Below the pieces are notes generated by a model. It had not been told where the DNA came from. It did not search any database and saw only the letters and a list, made by a program, of their open reading frames with translations. The position numbers were made by a program, and so were the translations under genes. A stretch of DNA of 52,373 bases, the filler included, from Sphacelaria rigidula (taxonomy: Eukaryota), in the NCBI GenBank assembly GCA_964200075.2. It is 3 parts of 3 records of this genome, joined end to end, with 100 filler letters (N's around TTAATTAATTAA, not from the genome) between each part and the next. Parts side by side here need not be neighbours in the genome. Positions count along the whole stretch, not along the records: positions 17,509 to 34,895 come from CAXNAA020001094.1; 2 more parts are not named here. One strand, given 5' to 3'. Shown one piece after another: positions 18,267 through 30,540 of this stretch. Positions within the stretch are counted from its first letter, which is position 1. Every line of letters starts with the position of its first letter.

Positions 18267-19758
18267 CTAAAATGCCTCGGCATCAGCCTTGCTGCACACG
18301 GACGAGTCATCCTCGTCTACCCCGTTCATTACTAGCGCAACGTCTCTCTCAGCTAGCTTGGCATCACCCTCGGCTTTGCACTTCTCCGCGCTGTGACCCT
18401 TCTCCCCGCACCTGAAACATCTTCGGTGAGGACACTCGCGCACCCTGTGCGTGACTATTTTCCTACACACATGGCACCTCCACCGTGGAGGATCGTCGCT
18501 CGAACTGCTCGACGCCGTCGATCTCGTGTCATCGCTCTGGTCACCACCTGGACCTTTTCCCCGACCATCGTCATCATCCTGCCTCTGACCCCGGGCCCTT
18601 CCACCGCGGCGCGAGCCGCCGGTTTTGCCCAACCGTCCCTTCGCCACCATCGCGTCGTTACTCGCGGACCCCTTCTCGAGTAGCTTCTTGAAAGCGCTCG
18701 ACTCGAACCTCCCCTTCACCACGGAAACCACTTCCTCCCTCCTCAACGGACCCTTCACTCCCTCCAACATCTGATGGTGTATCTCTTACTCGGAAGGCAG
18801 CGCCTTGAGGAATTCGGACATAATAAGGGAGTCGTCAGATGTTTAAACTCTTCGTAACATCTCAGTCTTCGTGCTGTGCTCTCTAGTTCCACCAGTTGTA
18901 CGATCAGATCTTTGTCGACGGCTACTGTGACATTGTCAATCTTACTCAGTAATGCAAGCCTAGCCCCCTGGGCTTTGGGCTCCGTGCCTCTACGAGAGCA
19001 TCCCAAGCCTCACGTGGAGAGTGGACTCTGAAAAGTATGCCCTGGTCCACTTCTTCTGTGAGACTAGCGGACAAGAGGTGCCATGCCCTGACGTGTGCAC
19101 TCACTACATCACGCCCGTACTGTGCTTCCAGCTCTTCAATTGCTACACTCGGGTCGCCTACGTGATTCAACTCACAATCCCCCGTAAACACCCAGTCCAG
19201 TCTCAAGTGTCGTGCATATGTAATGAAAAACTGTCGGAACTGCTCAAAGTCACTCTCCTTTCCAGTGTACTTCGGTACCTCAGGTTTAAATCCACTTGAA
19301 AAGCCACCCTCATACACCCCCTGCATCATGACACCATGACTGAAATCGTGTCCACCCCTGGAGGGAGACTCACGTTGGGGGCCCCTTGCCCCTGGCGTTC
19401 CTCTTGTAGCCCCTGAGCTCGAACCATGAGGGCCTTGATTGCTCCCCCCATAGCCACGAAGGTCAGCTGCCTGCAGCCCCCTCGGATGTTGCGGTTGGTT
19501 TGTTGCTGCGGACCTCGCCCCTGCTGGTCCGCTGCTGCCGATGACATGTCCGCTCCTGATGCCCCCGGCTTCACCCACCCCGTTGCTGCTAATCTGCATC
19601 GTATCCAGCCTCTGTGCCATCCACTCCAGCAGACGGCCGAATGCCTCCATCGTGTTCTCTACTTGAGCTGAACGATCAACGGTTGAAGAGGCCTGCGAGC
19701 CCCTCTCTGAACCGTTATCAGAGGACTGCTGTTGTGAGCCATTTCCTCGTGCAGCCAT
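18267..19758 (-). pseudogene. gag: Copia-type gag with two frameshifts and two CCHC zinc knuckles
   Basis: Overlapping ORFs 18946-19758, 18755-19006 and 18267-18770. Gag-like PKYTGKESDFEQF and SPREAWDAL; knuckles CHVCRKIVTHRVREC and CFRCGEKGHSAEKC. Confidence 0.85.
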
Positions 19759-19907
19759 CTTCGTGCGTTAAGCCGTACCGGTAGGGATATACTAGTATGT
19801 TGGTTGGCTCGGTTGCCCGTGAAGAGTTGTTGAGATAGTTTATTAAAGCAGGTCAGCCAGTCTGACTGCGGTGGTGGGATGAAGTGAGATGATGTGCGAG
19901 CCACATA

Positions 19908-20248
19908 CCCCATGTCACCAAGTCAAGACTTTACGTATGTAACGGAACGCCTAAATGCGGTGTAACACCCTACACGTGTGTAATGCGTGAGAGGACCGCG
20001 TGCTTAGAGGACCGCGCCGTAGTTCAAACCACCTCAGGATCGACGTTTTTCGAAACCAATCGGTTCAGTCCCTGCAGGAACCACGCCCCTGATCCTAACC
20101 CCAACCCCAACCCTAACCCTAACCCTAACCATAGTGGTGTTCAAGTTCCGATGCGGTCCTCTAAGCACGCGGTCCTCTCACGCATTACACGTGTACCCAA
20201 TCATATCACCACACGTCACGTCAGTCACCACATCGTAGATCCTTGACG
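19908..20248 (-). mobile_element. Putative PBS and short 5' LTR of the gag element, interrupted by a MITE
   Basis: TGGTGACATGGGG on the minus strand (19920-19908) lies next to a segment bounded by AGTCAAG (19921) and CTTGACG (20248), a degenerate TGTCAAG...CTTGACA pair. Confidence 0.45.
19979..20189 (+). mobile_element. MITE with 37-bp TIRs and internal (CCCTAA)n, copy 1
   Basis: TGTAATGCGTGAGAGGACCGCGTGCTTAGAGGACCGC...GCGGTCCTCTAAGCACGCGGTCCTCTCACGCATTACA; TSD CGTG. Confidence 0.92.
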
Positions 20249-22914
20249 TAGACCTCTCCAAAGATACTCAATTACTCCAACAGGGTAAGCACAGACCGGC
20301 GTCAGCTCGTCTATACAGCACGAGTGGTGTGTTGAGTTCGCACACTGAACGGCGTGCGGTTTCATCACTGGAGCATAACATTGACTTTTTGTGTTTGCGG
20401 ATTCCAGCACAGTACACCTGGCTGTTTCTAGCAGGTGTTGACAGCTTGCCTATACAGAACGAGAGGCGGGTTGGCACAAAGCGACGTGAGCTCGTCTATA
20501 CAGTACGAGTTGTGTGACTTGGTCAGCACACTGACCGAAGTGCGATTCTTTGGGCACAAATTTTACGTCCCGAAAGCAACCTGGCCGAGGCGAAGAAAGG
20601 TGTTACACAGGCAATGCTGTTACGGATCGCGGCGTGATGCGGTGGAAGGGGGACAGTACAATGATGGACCGTTGATTCGGAACGAAGATACGCGCACGGA
20701 GGGCTGATCGCAGGAATTGGCTAGTACCTGCGGTCAGGGGTGAGGATGTTAAGTAATCCGTCAAGATACGGAGTACATAAAAACATGCCTCTTACATCTG
20801 GTTGAATCCGATTCTTTCTAAGAATCGGTGCAACGTTAGGATGCCCTGGTGGTCAGAAGAATTTCTCGAGAAGACTCTGGCTATCAACACCACCAAGGGA
20901 CAAAAGAAATCGAATCACCTGAAGCTGTGAACAAGGATATCCTGACGATCGACGTGTACTGTACTGCCTTGGACTGTCTCCCCACGCGCTGTGAACTTAT
21001 GATCGTTACAAGATTGACGGTGAGGCGGTTTGGAGCTTGAGTACTTTATGAACAGATGTGAAGGGATCGGCCTGTAGTAAATGAACATGAACGAACTCGT
21101 GCACAAATGAATGGCAGTCAAATAATAAGTAGAATGAAAGGTCCCACACGAAACAGTGAAATTTCGTAATCGTTTACCGAAGTTTTGTTGTTTGCCTAGT
21201 TCAGTGATCCACCTGCACTGTGGGGTTAAGCAAATGCTGACAACAACAGGAGACTGCCGTTTACTTGTATCAACGCGTCTGCTGGACGTCTTCGACGGGG
21301 ATGACATTGCCAAATGTAGAGACTGGCGTTCTAAATTGCGAGTGCTGCTGAGCCTGCATGCACCTGACGTGCTATCACCGTTCAACGGTAAGCGGCCGCC
21401 TACTGATGATGCCTTCGCCGCAGAAAAACGAGCTTGGGCCAAGGCTCAGACAGAGCTGTTTTCTTTACTTCACCTTTTAACATCAGGGCCCGCGCAGTCT
21501 CTTATTGCTCAGTTCAAGCAAGAAGTTTACGAGTCCGATAATGGTGAAGATACCACTGTTGGTACGACGATCTCAGGAGATGGGCATGCAGCATGGAAGG
21601 CCCTAGAAGCGAAATATTTTGGTCGAACAAAGGAAGCGATCCATACTACTACTCGCTCTCTAATGTCACGTCGCATAAAACATGGGATAGACCCTCACAT
21701 TTACTCCCGGGAACAGGACACTGATTGGAATCGCCTGCGCGTCCTCGGCGATCCGGTGTCCGATATTAGATACGAAGGCATCATTATCCAGGGCCTATCT
21801 GCCGAGTATGCCGGCAATATCAAAATACATTTGCCGACGAGAATTTTGGGCTCGAGAAACTTCGAGCCTCAGTCATGCGCTACTATGTTGACCATGTGGC
21901 TCATTCGGGTTCTCGGTCATCCATCGCTGGAGCCGGCACTGCACTGTCTGCTGAAGCAGCAGGCATCAAGTGTTTCGCTTGCAACAGACTCGGACACTAC
22001 CGGCGGGATTGCTCCTCCAATTCTCAAGCGACCAGAAAGGAGAGTTTGTCACGACGCAGAGGGGGAATGGCCAAAGGGGGCAATACTATCAACGGTAAAG
22101 AGAAGACGGCGAAGTGGTGCTCTTACCATCGTTCCAAAGCACATGATGATGCTGACTGCCGCGTTCAAAAAGAGAATGCCGCTGCTGGTGTGGCGCACCA
22201 CGCGCATATGACGGCGTACCCTTCTAACGCAGTCATCGGTGCACCCGCACTCCAGTCGCAACCCGCGACTGGTGCTACAGCAACAGGATACCCAGCTGCT
22301 GGTAGTTCAGAAGTTGTGGGTACAGCGATCAGTGGCCCGACAGCTCAGAATGGAAGCTTCTCATTTTCTGCCATGGCCCCGGCTACAATGTCTTTTTTCA
22401 ATCAACCAGCTTCAACTCTTTCCCTGGGGAGACCGATTCAGCCTGGAGTGCCACCCGCCGGGGACGGTCGGACATATATGTAGCGATTGGGGAAGCCACG
22501 GGAAGTAGAACGATACACCCCACTATGGGTGTAGCTTTGCTGGCTTCTGACACTCTACTCTCCCTACTGGTGGACAACGGGACAGCCGACAATTTTCTTG
22601 ACAACACATTCTGAATCCTGGCTTACTGGAGACTTTTCCCGACTACACAATTTTACCCAATCCCTTTCAAATACCTGCGCCCGGAGGACACGTGTTAAAT
22701 GCTACAGCTTCGGTTACTGTCCTAGGAACGGTGACAGACCAACATGGAGTCTCTCACGAAGTATCTCTCCCATCTTATGTAGTACCAGGCGCCATTTGTT
22801 TTCCATCAAGAACGCTGTCACAAGAGGAATCAACGTCGTGTTCGACCCGGCGAATCCACGCTTGGAAGTCGCGTCTTTCCAACTACCCCTGAAACAGTCA
22901 CTCCATGACCACGG

Positions 22915-23125
22915 TGTAATGCGTGAGAGGACCACGTGCTTAGAGGACCGCATCGGAATTTGAACATCACTATGATTAGGGTTAGGGTTCGGGTTAGTGT
23001 TGGGGTTCGGGTCAGGGGCGTGGTACCTCCAAGAACTGACCCGATTGGCTTTGAAACGCGTTGATCCTGAGTTGTTTTAACCTAGGGCGCGATCCTCTAA
23101 GCACGCGGTCCTCTCACGCATTACA
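22915..23125 (-). mobile_element. Telomere-repeat MITE, copy 2 (inverted)
   Basis: Same TIRs, internal TTAGGG-type repeats, TSD ACGG. Confidence 0.92.
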
Positions 23126-23397
23126 ACGGTCTACACACATTAATCATACGCATGGATCGTGCGGCCGGCGCGGGTACAGGAAAGCAGGTGGCTTCAGCCG
23201 AAGGGGAAACAACAAATACAGTGGCGATGTTAACAACAGAGGACGCAGAATTGTGGCACTGGGACCTCGGGCACGTGTCAAGCAAGACACTTCACACAAT
23301 ACGAGGCATCGACGGGAATGGGGTGATTTTCACGGGGATTCTTTATCCGTGTGACACGTGTGCGTTGAGCAAAAGTAAACAACAGGCTCACCCCAAG

Positions 23398-23613
23398 TGT
23401 AATGCGTGAGAGGACCGCGTGCTTAGAGGACCGCGCCGCAGTTCAAAACAGCGCAGGATCGATGCTTTTCAAACCAATCGGACCAGTCCGTGCAGGTACC
23501 ACGCCCCTGACCGTAACCCCAACACTAACCCTAACCCTAACCCTAACCCTAACCATGGGGATGTTCAAATTCCGATGCGGTCCTCTAAGCACGCGGTCCT
23601 CTCACGCATTACA
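23398..23613 (+). mobile_element. Telomere-repeat MITE, copy 3
   Basis: Same TIRs, (CCCTAA)n at ~23513-23554, TSD CCAAG. Removing it restores the Copia frame QQAHPK-TAVY. Confidence 0.92.
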
Positions 23614-23629
23614 CCAAGACTGCCGTGTA

Positions 23630-24397
23630 CCACTCTGGTCCCGCATATAGGTCGGCTCCAGACATTTTGCGGCATAACTTCTCCTGGGGGCTGAATTTTT
23701 GTTCACCGTTTTCTTTTCTAGACTAGTCGCGTGTGCGGGCGTGCGTTTGCGCGGGTATTTAAAAAAAAACTCACAGTCCCGCACACATACACCAGCGCAC
23801 AGCAGCAGTACTCAGAGCTCGACAACTACAAAGTGGCGGTAGGAGACCTTTCCACGGTGTGAAGGGACATGCCTAGCGCTGAAAATGATGCCGAGAGCCC
23901 AAAGAGAAAGAATCTCAACCCGGATGAGCGAAGGGCAGTGATAGATGAGCTCCTACAAGGCAGCAATGACGGTGTTTTGCAGCGGGGCGACTTCAAGACA
24001 GTTGGATTTTGCAACGGGACTTTGCTGCATTGGAAATCCGGGGATGATTTTACGTCATCCCCTGGTCACCCCGGGAAACATGTTCTTGCATCCACACTGT
24101 TCCAACAACATGTGCGTGCTTTTAAATGCTCCTGGAGAAGACCAACGGTCAATTTCAAAGTACGGCGGAACGGAGCTGATCAGACATTTCCGCCCTATAT
24201 ACAGTAGAAACCCGGGGATGGGTTCCTGGTGTCCCTTGGTCACCTTGACATTTTTTTTCCCCTCGCATCCCCCCCGACACTATTTGGATGCATTTCCACG
24301 CGTATACAAGTACTGGGATGTCACGTACACGCATAAGTCCCAATTGGCCTTATATTTCAGGTTTTCTGGAACGGCCCTATATTCCGGACCAGAGTGG
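23630..24397 (+). mobile_element. Internally deleted Tc1/mariner (plant/oomycete DD39D-like) element
   Basis: TIRs CCACTCTGGTCC(C/G)G(C/A)ATATAGG with TA on both sides. Relic transposase N-terminus NLNPDERRAVIDELLQGSNDGVLQRGDF from 23869. Removing it restores TAVY-KVSHRYELIIGD. Confidence 0.85.
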
Positions 24398-24969
24398 TAC
24401 AAAGTATCTCATCGGTACGAACTAATTATTGGTGATATGATGGGACCGACTACCCGGGGGGTTTAAATACATAAGCGAGTTGACGGACTTTCTGGCGCGA
24501 TCGAATTACGTATATCTCACGCAGTCAAAGGGCGATGCTCTGAAGACATTCCAGACATTCATTCAAAGGAAGTTATTCCACGTGGAGCCCGTGTTAAGCG
24601 ACTCCGTGCTGACAAAGGAGGGGAGCACGCAGGAAATGAGTTTCACACATACTGTTCAAATTCTAGAGTTCCCATTGAGTTTGCTGCCACCAAGACGCAT
24701 CAGCAGCATATATATGCTACAAGAAGGGCGGATTCCACTTGACGGCATTTTCAGACGCCAACTGGGGGAACAATCCCGACAACTCCAAATCAACGTCATC
24801 ACACATCATCATTCTGGCGAAGGCCCCGGTTAGCCTTAAAGTCGGGTTACAGGGACTTACTGCAAAATCAAAGATAGAAGCGGAACTGGTTGCCGGAGCA
24901 CTTGCCATCAAGGAGGCGGTCCATTGCTCGAATACGATTATTGAGATGGGATGTGGATCATCGTTCGAC

Positions 24970-25210
24970 ACTTTCTACGACAGCCCCCCCCCCAAAACCA
25001 GCTAAGAATGTCACGAAAAAAATAGCCATACAGCGCCTGATGTTCGGGTTCAGGCTACATGAAGCGCCTCATATTGGCAACATTGGCTAGAACGAACCCG
25101 AGCGTGGGAATTCCCAGCTTGTCGTTGTGCTCGGCTTTTCCCATTTCGATTCACGTGAAGGATTTGCCTGCCAAAACCATGCACTTTTGGGGGGGGCTAT
25201 CGTAGAAAGT
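24970..25210. mobile_element. 241-bp MITE with 10-bp TSD (Mutator-like) inside Copia RNase H
   Basis: TIRs ACTTTCTACGA(C/T)AGCCCCCCCC..AAAA; TSD ATCGTTCGAC / ATCGTTCAAC. Removing it restores GSSFNTVPIYLDN. Confidence 0.85.
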
Positions 25211-26516
25211 ATCGTTCAACACTGTACCTATCTACCTAGACAACACAGCAACTCTTTAGGTGATTGCCAACCGTATTTTCAGCGGAAGGATGAAACACAT
25301 CGCTCTGCGTTTTTTCTTCATGAGGGAATTGGTGGAATCTGGGAAGATCACAGTTCATTACATTGAAACAGAGAATCAAATAGCTGACATCGGAACAAAG
25401 TTCCTTTCAACTCAGAGGTTCCGCTACCTTATGAATCTCGTCAAAAACTTCAACAACTAACAAAAGGCTTGAAAGGGGGAGCTGGTTTGGAGCGGAGGAG
25501 CATGCCTTCCGTGTCTTGCCCTCTGTGTCTTCTTTTTGTATAACTTTTGCGTCTTATTTGTTAAAAGCAAATCACTCAGGTTCTGACTGGACCAACACCG
25601 ATGTGACTATTCAAGCGATCAAGACCAAGAGAACGACGACGACGAAAGCACGACTGACACGGAGTGGATAGCTTACCGCAGCAGTAGTGTTATTAGTTTA
25701 AATAAGGAAATTATAGCTTATCGTAGCAGTAGTGTTACTAGTTTCAAGTTTGAATGTATTTGTTTGCTATCTGTAGCTTCTTCGGAATTAGGTAGTCAAG
25801 GTTTGGTGTGTTCAATGTGAGAATACTGTTGGTTAACTTTTTAACAGTATACTGGTGTTTTTAACTGAAGATGATCGTGATGGAGGATGGTATTTTCAAG
25901 ATGCTAATTCCATTGAGGGGGAGTGTCAAGAAATGATATATGTCTGTTGATTCCGTAGTCGGCGTTCAAGAGCATTAAGGCGTTGTCATAGTTACAGCCT
26001 GTCATGCGGACTGTTGGACGCAGAATAGGCGGTGTGATTGGTTACGGTTTAACTTGTTGTAACCGTCAGAGCGATGGTACTGTAGATCTGTAGATGGTCA
26101 CCTTCTTGTTTACTCTTCTCTCCACGTTCTCGGGAACCGTCAATACAAGCTGCGTACTTTGTGTTTACATCCTTCTCCCGATCAGCTTAGCAGCTGTGAC
26201 GCCTGCCCCTGCGACACGTTCAGGGTACTACACACCGTTTAATCCTGAGAGAGCATTGTCCAGAAACAAAACCGGGATCGATCGGTCCAGAGCGACGCCA
26301 TCATAAGAGTTAAAATAACGTGAAAAAAAAAGAGAGCCGGGATTCTCCAAATAACGGCAAGTTTGTAACTCGTGATATTTTATGCAAGATCCAGACTTCC
26401 GGACAGCGTGCGTCACGCTGGTGTCTACCGTTCTCCCGAGGCACAAAATCATGAATCGATGGTGCGCAACCCCGTGCTCAAGGAAACGCGCAATATCGTA
26501 CCTCGAAAATATAGCC

Positions 26517-26864
26517 GAGTAATGCTACGGTAGGGGTGCGTGTTAGACACCCATGAGGCAGTGTATAACACGTGGCTGTCTCTTGAAGTGGAGATACGAG
26601 AAAATGAAGCAACTCATTGGACGCTGTCATCCAAATGCAAGATAATCAGCAGGCTTCAGGCCGAACAGTCTCAGCAGGATGCAGCTCACCCATCATGCGA
26701 CTCGCCGAACACACCACGGCGCTTCGCGCGTGGTGGTTTGAGTGCCAGCCTGGTCCGGCGAAAACCCGGCGCGCTCCGTCCCGGCTTTGTAGGGATGTGA
26801 AGTCAATGGTCTTATGACTATGGCATGCATGCTCATGAGTACACCCCCTACCGTAGCATTGCTC
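26517..26864. mobile_element. Short foldback element with GAG.AATGCTACGGTAGGGG ends
   Basis: Inverted pair at ~26517-26540 and ~26841-26864. No TSD was identified. Confidence 0.55.
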
Positions 26865-26989
26865 AGTCTTCGGAAACAATCGAAGACGTTCGAAACTCGC
26901 CGAAAATCCCGTGTTTCTCCTCAAGCGCAAGGAATTTGGGGAAACACACAAGAAACAAGTACAGCAGTTCGCTTCGCTGAGATATGGAG

Positions 26990-27140
26990 CGAGTGGTTCT
27001 ACGGTAGGGGTGCGTATTTTATTCCTGAGACTCGGCACTTTCGGAGCGTCTGGGTAACAAACATCTGCGTCTCAAGTGTGCAGCCTCAAAACACGTTTGG
27101 ACTAGCAAAGTACACCCCCCTACCACCGTAGAACCTCTCG
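26990..27140. mobile_element. Short foldback element with CGAG.GGTTCTACGGT ends (same CTACGGTAGGGG core)
   Basis: Inverted pair at ~26990-27013 and ~27112-27140. Confidence 0.5.
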
Positions 27141-29488
27141 AACCGGGATCGATTTGATCTGCACCAACACATAAAGAGGCATAAGAATCTGGCCTCGTAG
27201 TTGCAAAGGGAAAGACCCCCGGCGACCGCAGCAAGCCAAAAATCCGCCGTGCAAATCGCGGACAAAACAAAGTAAGGAAACTCGGAAACGCTGTACACCC
27301 CCATATTTCACCCCATCAGCTGAGATGAAATGCCCCAGCGAGTGAAACACGCGTGTTCGAAACAAAGCAAACGTTGCGTAGCATCCATCGTCGGGAGCGT
27401 TTTGCGCAACTAACCGCTGTAGTGCTAGCACCGCCAGTATCTGACAAAAGAGCACAATACATCATTTAGTGGAAGTGGGTCCTGCCACAAGCACTTTGAG
27501 TTCCTCAGTGAGTTTTGTGTGTGGCGGGATGACTCTCATTCAGTGTGGGACTGTCAATATTTGCCAAGACAAGTGACTAGCTGTGTTTCTCGTACAGCAG
27601 ATGAGAAACGAAACCAAGGACAAAACCATGGGCCAACAACTCCCATATGAAGCCAAGGAAAACATACCCAAGGACGAGGAAAAAACACCAAAGGAAGGCA
27701 GACAGTCGCGAACGGACTGTAATGAAGTCACTGACGTTCTACGGTGGGAGAGATGCTACTACTTGCTGCTGTTGTTGCTGCTGCTGTTGTCGTCTTCACA
27801 TCAAAAACCGTTCCGATGTCTGCGCAGTGTTCCGTGCTGGGCAGCTGATGCGGACGCCTACCGTGGTCACAGGCTAAACTACCCCAAATAAGGTATGAGG
27901 AAATAACAAAAAATCAATCGCGGCCGGAGTATTTCACACAGACGCGATGCAGAATACAAGAACAAAAAGAAAAATACTACTAACCACATAAGATCCGGTG
28001 TCGCAGGTGACTACTGTACTCGGGCTAATGGAGGCAGGGCCCGATGTTGCCACTCAACAAGCAAGGCCGGACAGACATGGAGCCAAACTAAGGAACCAAG
28101 ATCACCAACCATAGCCAAAAATCGCAGGAGTGTACCTTTGTACTTCTAAAGGGACAGCCACGAGTACGAATATACTAGACACAACAAGAAAAGCACCCCA
28201 TAACAACACACCACCTCGGAGGAGGGGTACATGAAGGGCAGGAGTATACTTGAAACACGAAAATATAAGTGAGAGCAAGGAAGGGCAAGGCGGAAGGAAC
28301 AACCATAAGAAACCCCCCACGCTGACATCTGGTACTGGTCTACACACACAACAAAAATGTCAACAAATTTCGACGCAGCAATACTTATTTTTTAGCGAGC
28401 AATAATCGCGCCGAGCTGACTGGGTCGGCAATCTACAATATTGCAAAAGGGGTTCCAAGACACATCAATCTGGCCTACACGACGCAGGATGTATTAGCCC
28501 GTTTCTTGTCACATACTGGACGGGCAATAAACACCTCTCAATGCACCTGGTATCATTACCACCCTAGACATCTCGCATCCATCCGTAGAGCGGAGATGCC
28601 TCGCAGACGATTCTCTTTCGGGTGTCACGAAACACCTACACAAAGAGGAAAAGTAAGCTTCTATTAATAGCACCCTACGGTCTTACATCCAACCTTCACA
28701 GCGCTTGCGAAGAATAAAATAGGCAAACAAGGAAACACACGTACACAAAACCAAACGCACTACTACTGTGCTGGGGAATACGATTCCACGCTTGAAACGC
28801 CTACTACAACCAGCACATATATGTGGCCGAGAGAACGTGCGATCGAGTGCATGTTTTGGCTTCTACATGCAATAGTTTACTATCCTGCATGTGGTATTGT
28901 CGTATTCATTCTCTATAGCCAGAGGAGCTTAAGTGTTCTCCCACCACAGGGAACAGCGCTGCATGCCACCTAGTCCGCAACCCAAGGGAAATACTACAGA
29001 TAACGGTGCATAAACCCGTACGTCCTATACACTCCCCCCCACCACCACCCACCTTACCTCATCTGAGAAACACTCTTCTGTACGCAATGACTTTGGCCCT
29101 TTTCGGGGTCATACCGATGCCTTTAGAGTACGGTATCCGTGTACGCCGGATACAATGACCTGAATGTCACCCTCGCGTGACTGACAGAGGTTTGCAGGTG
29201 CAAAACGCTCGAACATGCGGCATTAGAGGGTCGCCCACCCCTTAACCTGCGGCATATCTTCACTCCGATCCTCCAAAGATCTTTATGGTCGTTCCAAGCC
29301 CCAGGTTCTACTGGGTTGACTCAAAACTCGCAAAAGACTGGTCCGACGTCATCCTTTTGTCCGCTTGATACTCCCGCACAACACGAATATCCCAGCGATC
29401 GAGTCGCATTTCCGAACATTGCGGTGAAAATTAATCGACTAAAAGCGAAGCCATGGAAATGACGCCGTACAGACGCAAGAATCAAACA

Positions 29489-30540
29489 TCACTGCCGCTG
29501 GACCGCCATTGCCACCACCGCTGCCGCTCCCGCCATCACCACTCGAAACTGAGCCGTAGTGGTGACCCTAACAGCGGCTGAGGGATCAGCATCCGGATTT
29601 GTGAAACCCTCACTCCCCGATCGATTCGCATCGCCGGTATCAGTATCGTCATCTACGCTAGCCGCTGGGGCCTCCTCTTCCTCATCACCACCTTGATCGT
29701 TGTCGTTATCTTCACCACCGATGACCAAAATCGGCGAGGAGGTGCCGTCATTAGCGCTTACCACCACCGGGGAGGGCGTGTCTACCTCACGATCAGCGAC
29801 ATAGGATGGCGAAGAGGGACTGCCGTCAGGCTCGCCCAGCACCGGGGAAGGAGTATAGTCAACACTATCAGTGAAAGAGGATGGTGAAGAGGGATTGTCA
29901 TCAGAGTCCTCTACGACTGGGGCAGACTCGCTGTTGTCATCACTGTAACCGGTGTAGATCGCCGAGGAGGAGGAGTCATCAGAGTCCTCTATCGACGGGG
30001 CCGGCTCGCTGTAGTCATCGCTGTAAGCGGTGGGGATCGGCGGGGAAAAGTCGTCATCAGAGTCCTCTATCGACGGGGCCGGCTCGCTGGAGTCATCGCT
30101 GTAAGCGGTGGGGTTCGCCGAGGAGGAGTAGTCATCAGAATCCTCTATCGACGAGGCCGGCTCGCTGTAGTCATCGCTATAAGGGGTGGGGATCGGCGGG
30201 GAGGAGTAGTCATCAGAATCCTCTATCGACGGGGCCGGCTCGCTGTAGTCATCGCTGTAAGCGGTGTAGATCGCCGAGGAGGAGTAGTCATCAGAATCCT
30301 CTATCGACGGGGCCGGCTCGCTGTAGTCATCGCTGTAAGCGGTGGGGATCGGCGGGGAGTAGTAGTCATCAGAATCCTCTATCGACGGGGCCGGCTCGCT
30401 GTAGTCATCGCTATAAGCGGTGTAGATCGGCGAGGGGAAGTAGTCATCAGAGTCCTCCATCGACGGGGGAGGAGCATAGGCATAACCATCTGCAAAACGC
30501 CAAACGACAGCGAGCACAAAAAAGGCCATGTGCTCAGCGC
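29489..30540 (-). CDS. Acidic Ser/Asp/Pro/Tyr-rich repeat cell-surface protein (terminal exon or single exon from ATG 30529)
   Basis: About 8 copies of a 26-aa (78-bp) repeat AYSDDYSEPAPSIEDSDDYSSPPIPT. Hydrophobic MAFFVLAVVWRFADG at the N-side and a GPI-signal-like hydrophobic C-terminus. Acceptor-like TTTCCCTAG at 30541. Confidence 0.75.

Larger units (their letters stand above)
21232..26262 (+). mobile_element. Decayed Ty1/Copia LTR retrotransposon (gag, protease, partial integrase, RNase H, PPT, 3' LTR; most of RT deleted)
   Basis: Gag DGHAAWKALEAKY, knuckle CFACNRLGHYRRDC, protease-like LLVDNG (~22565), pre-integrase LWHWDLGH and CDTCALSK, integrase ELIIGDMMGP, RNase H AFSDANWG...EAELVA and KHIALRFFF...IADIGTK. 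PPT TTGAGGGGGAG is followed by TGTCAAG at 25924. The 5' boundary and LTR end are approximate. Confidence 0.88.

Noticed and set aside
20093-20130. True telomere or chromosome end
   Set aside because: The short CCCTAA tract is internal to a TIR-bounded MITE with TSDs.
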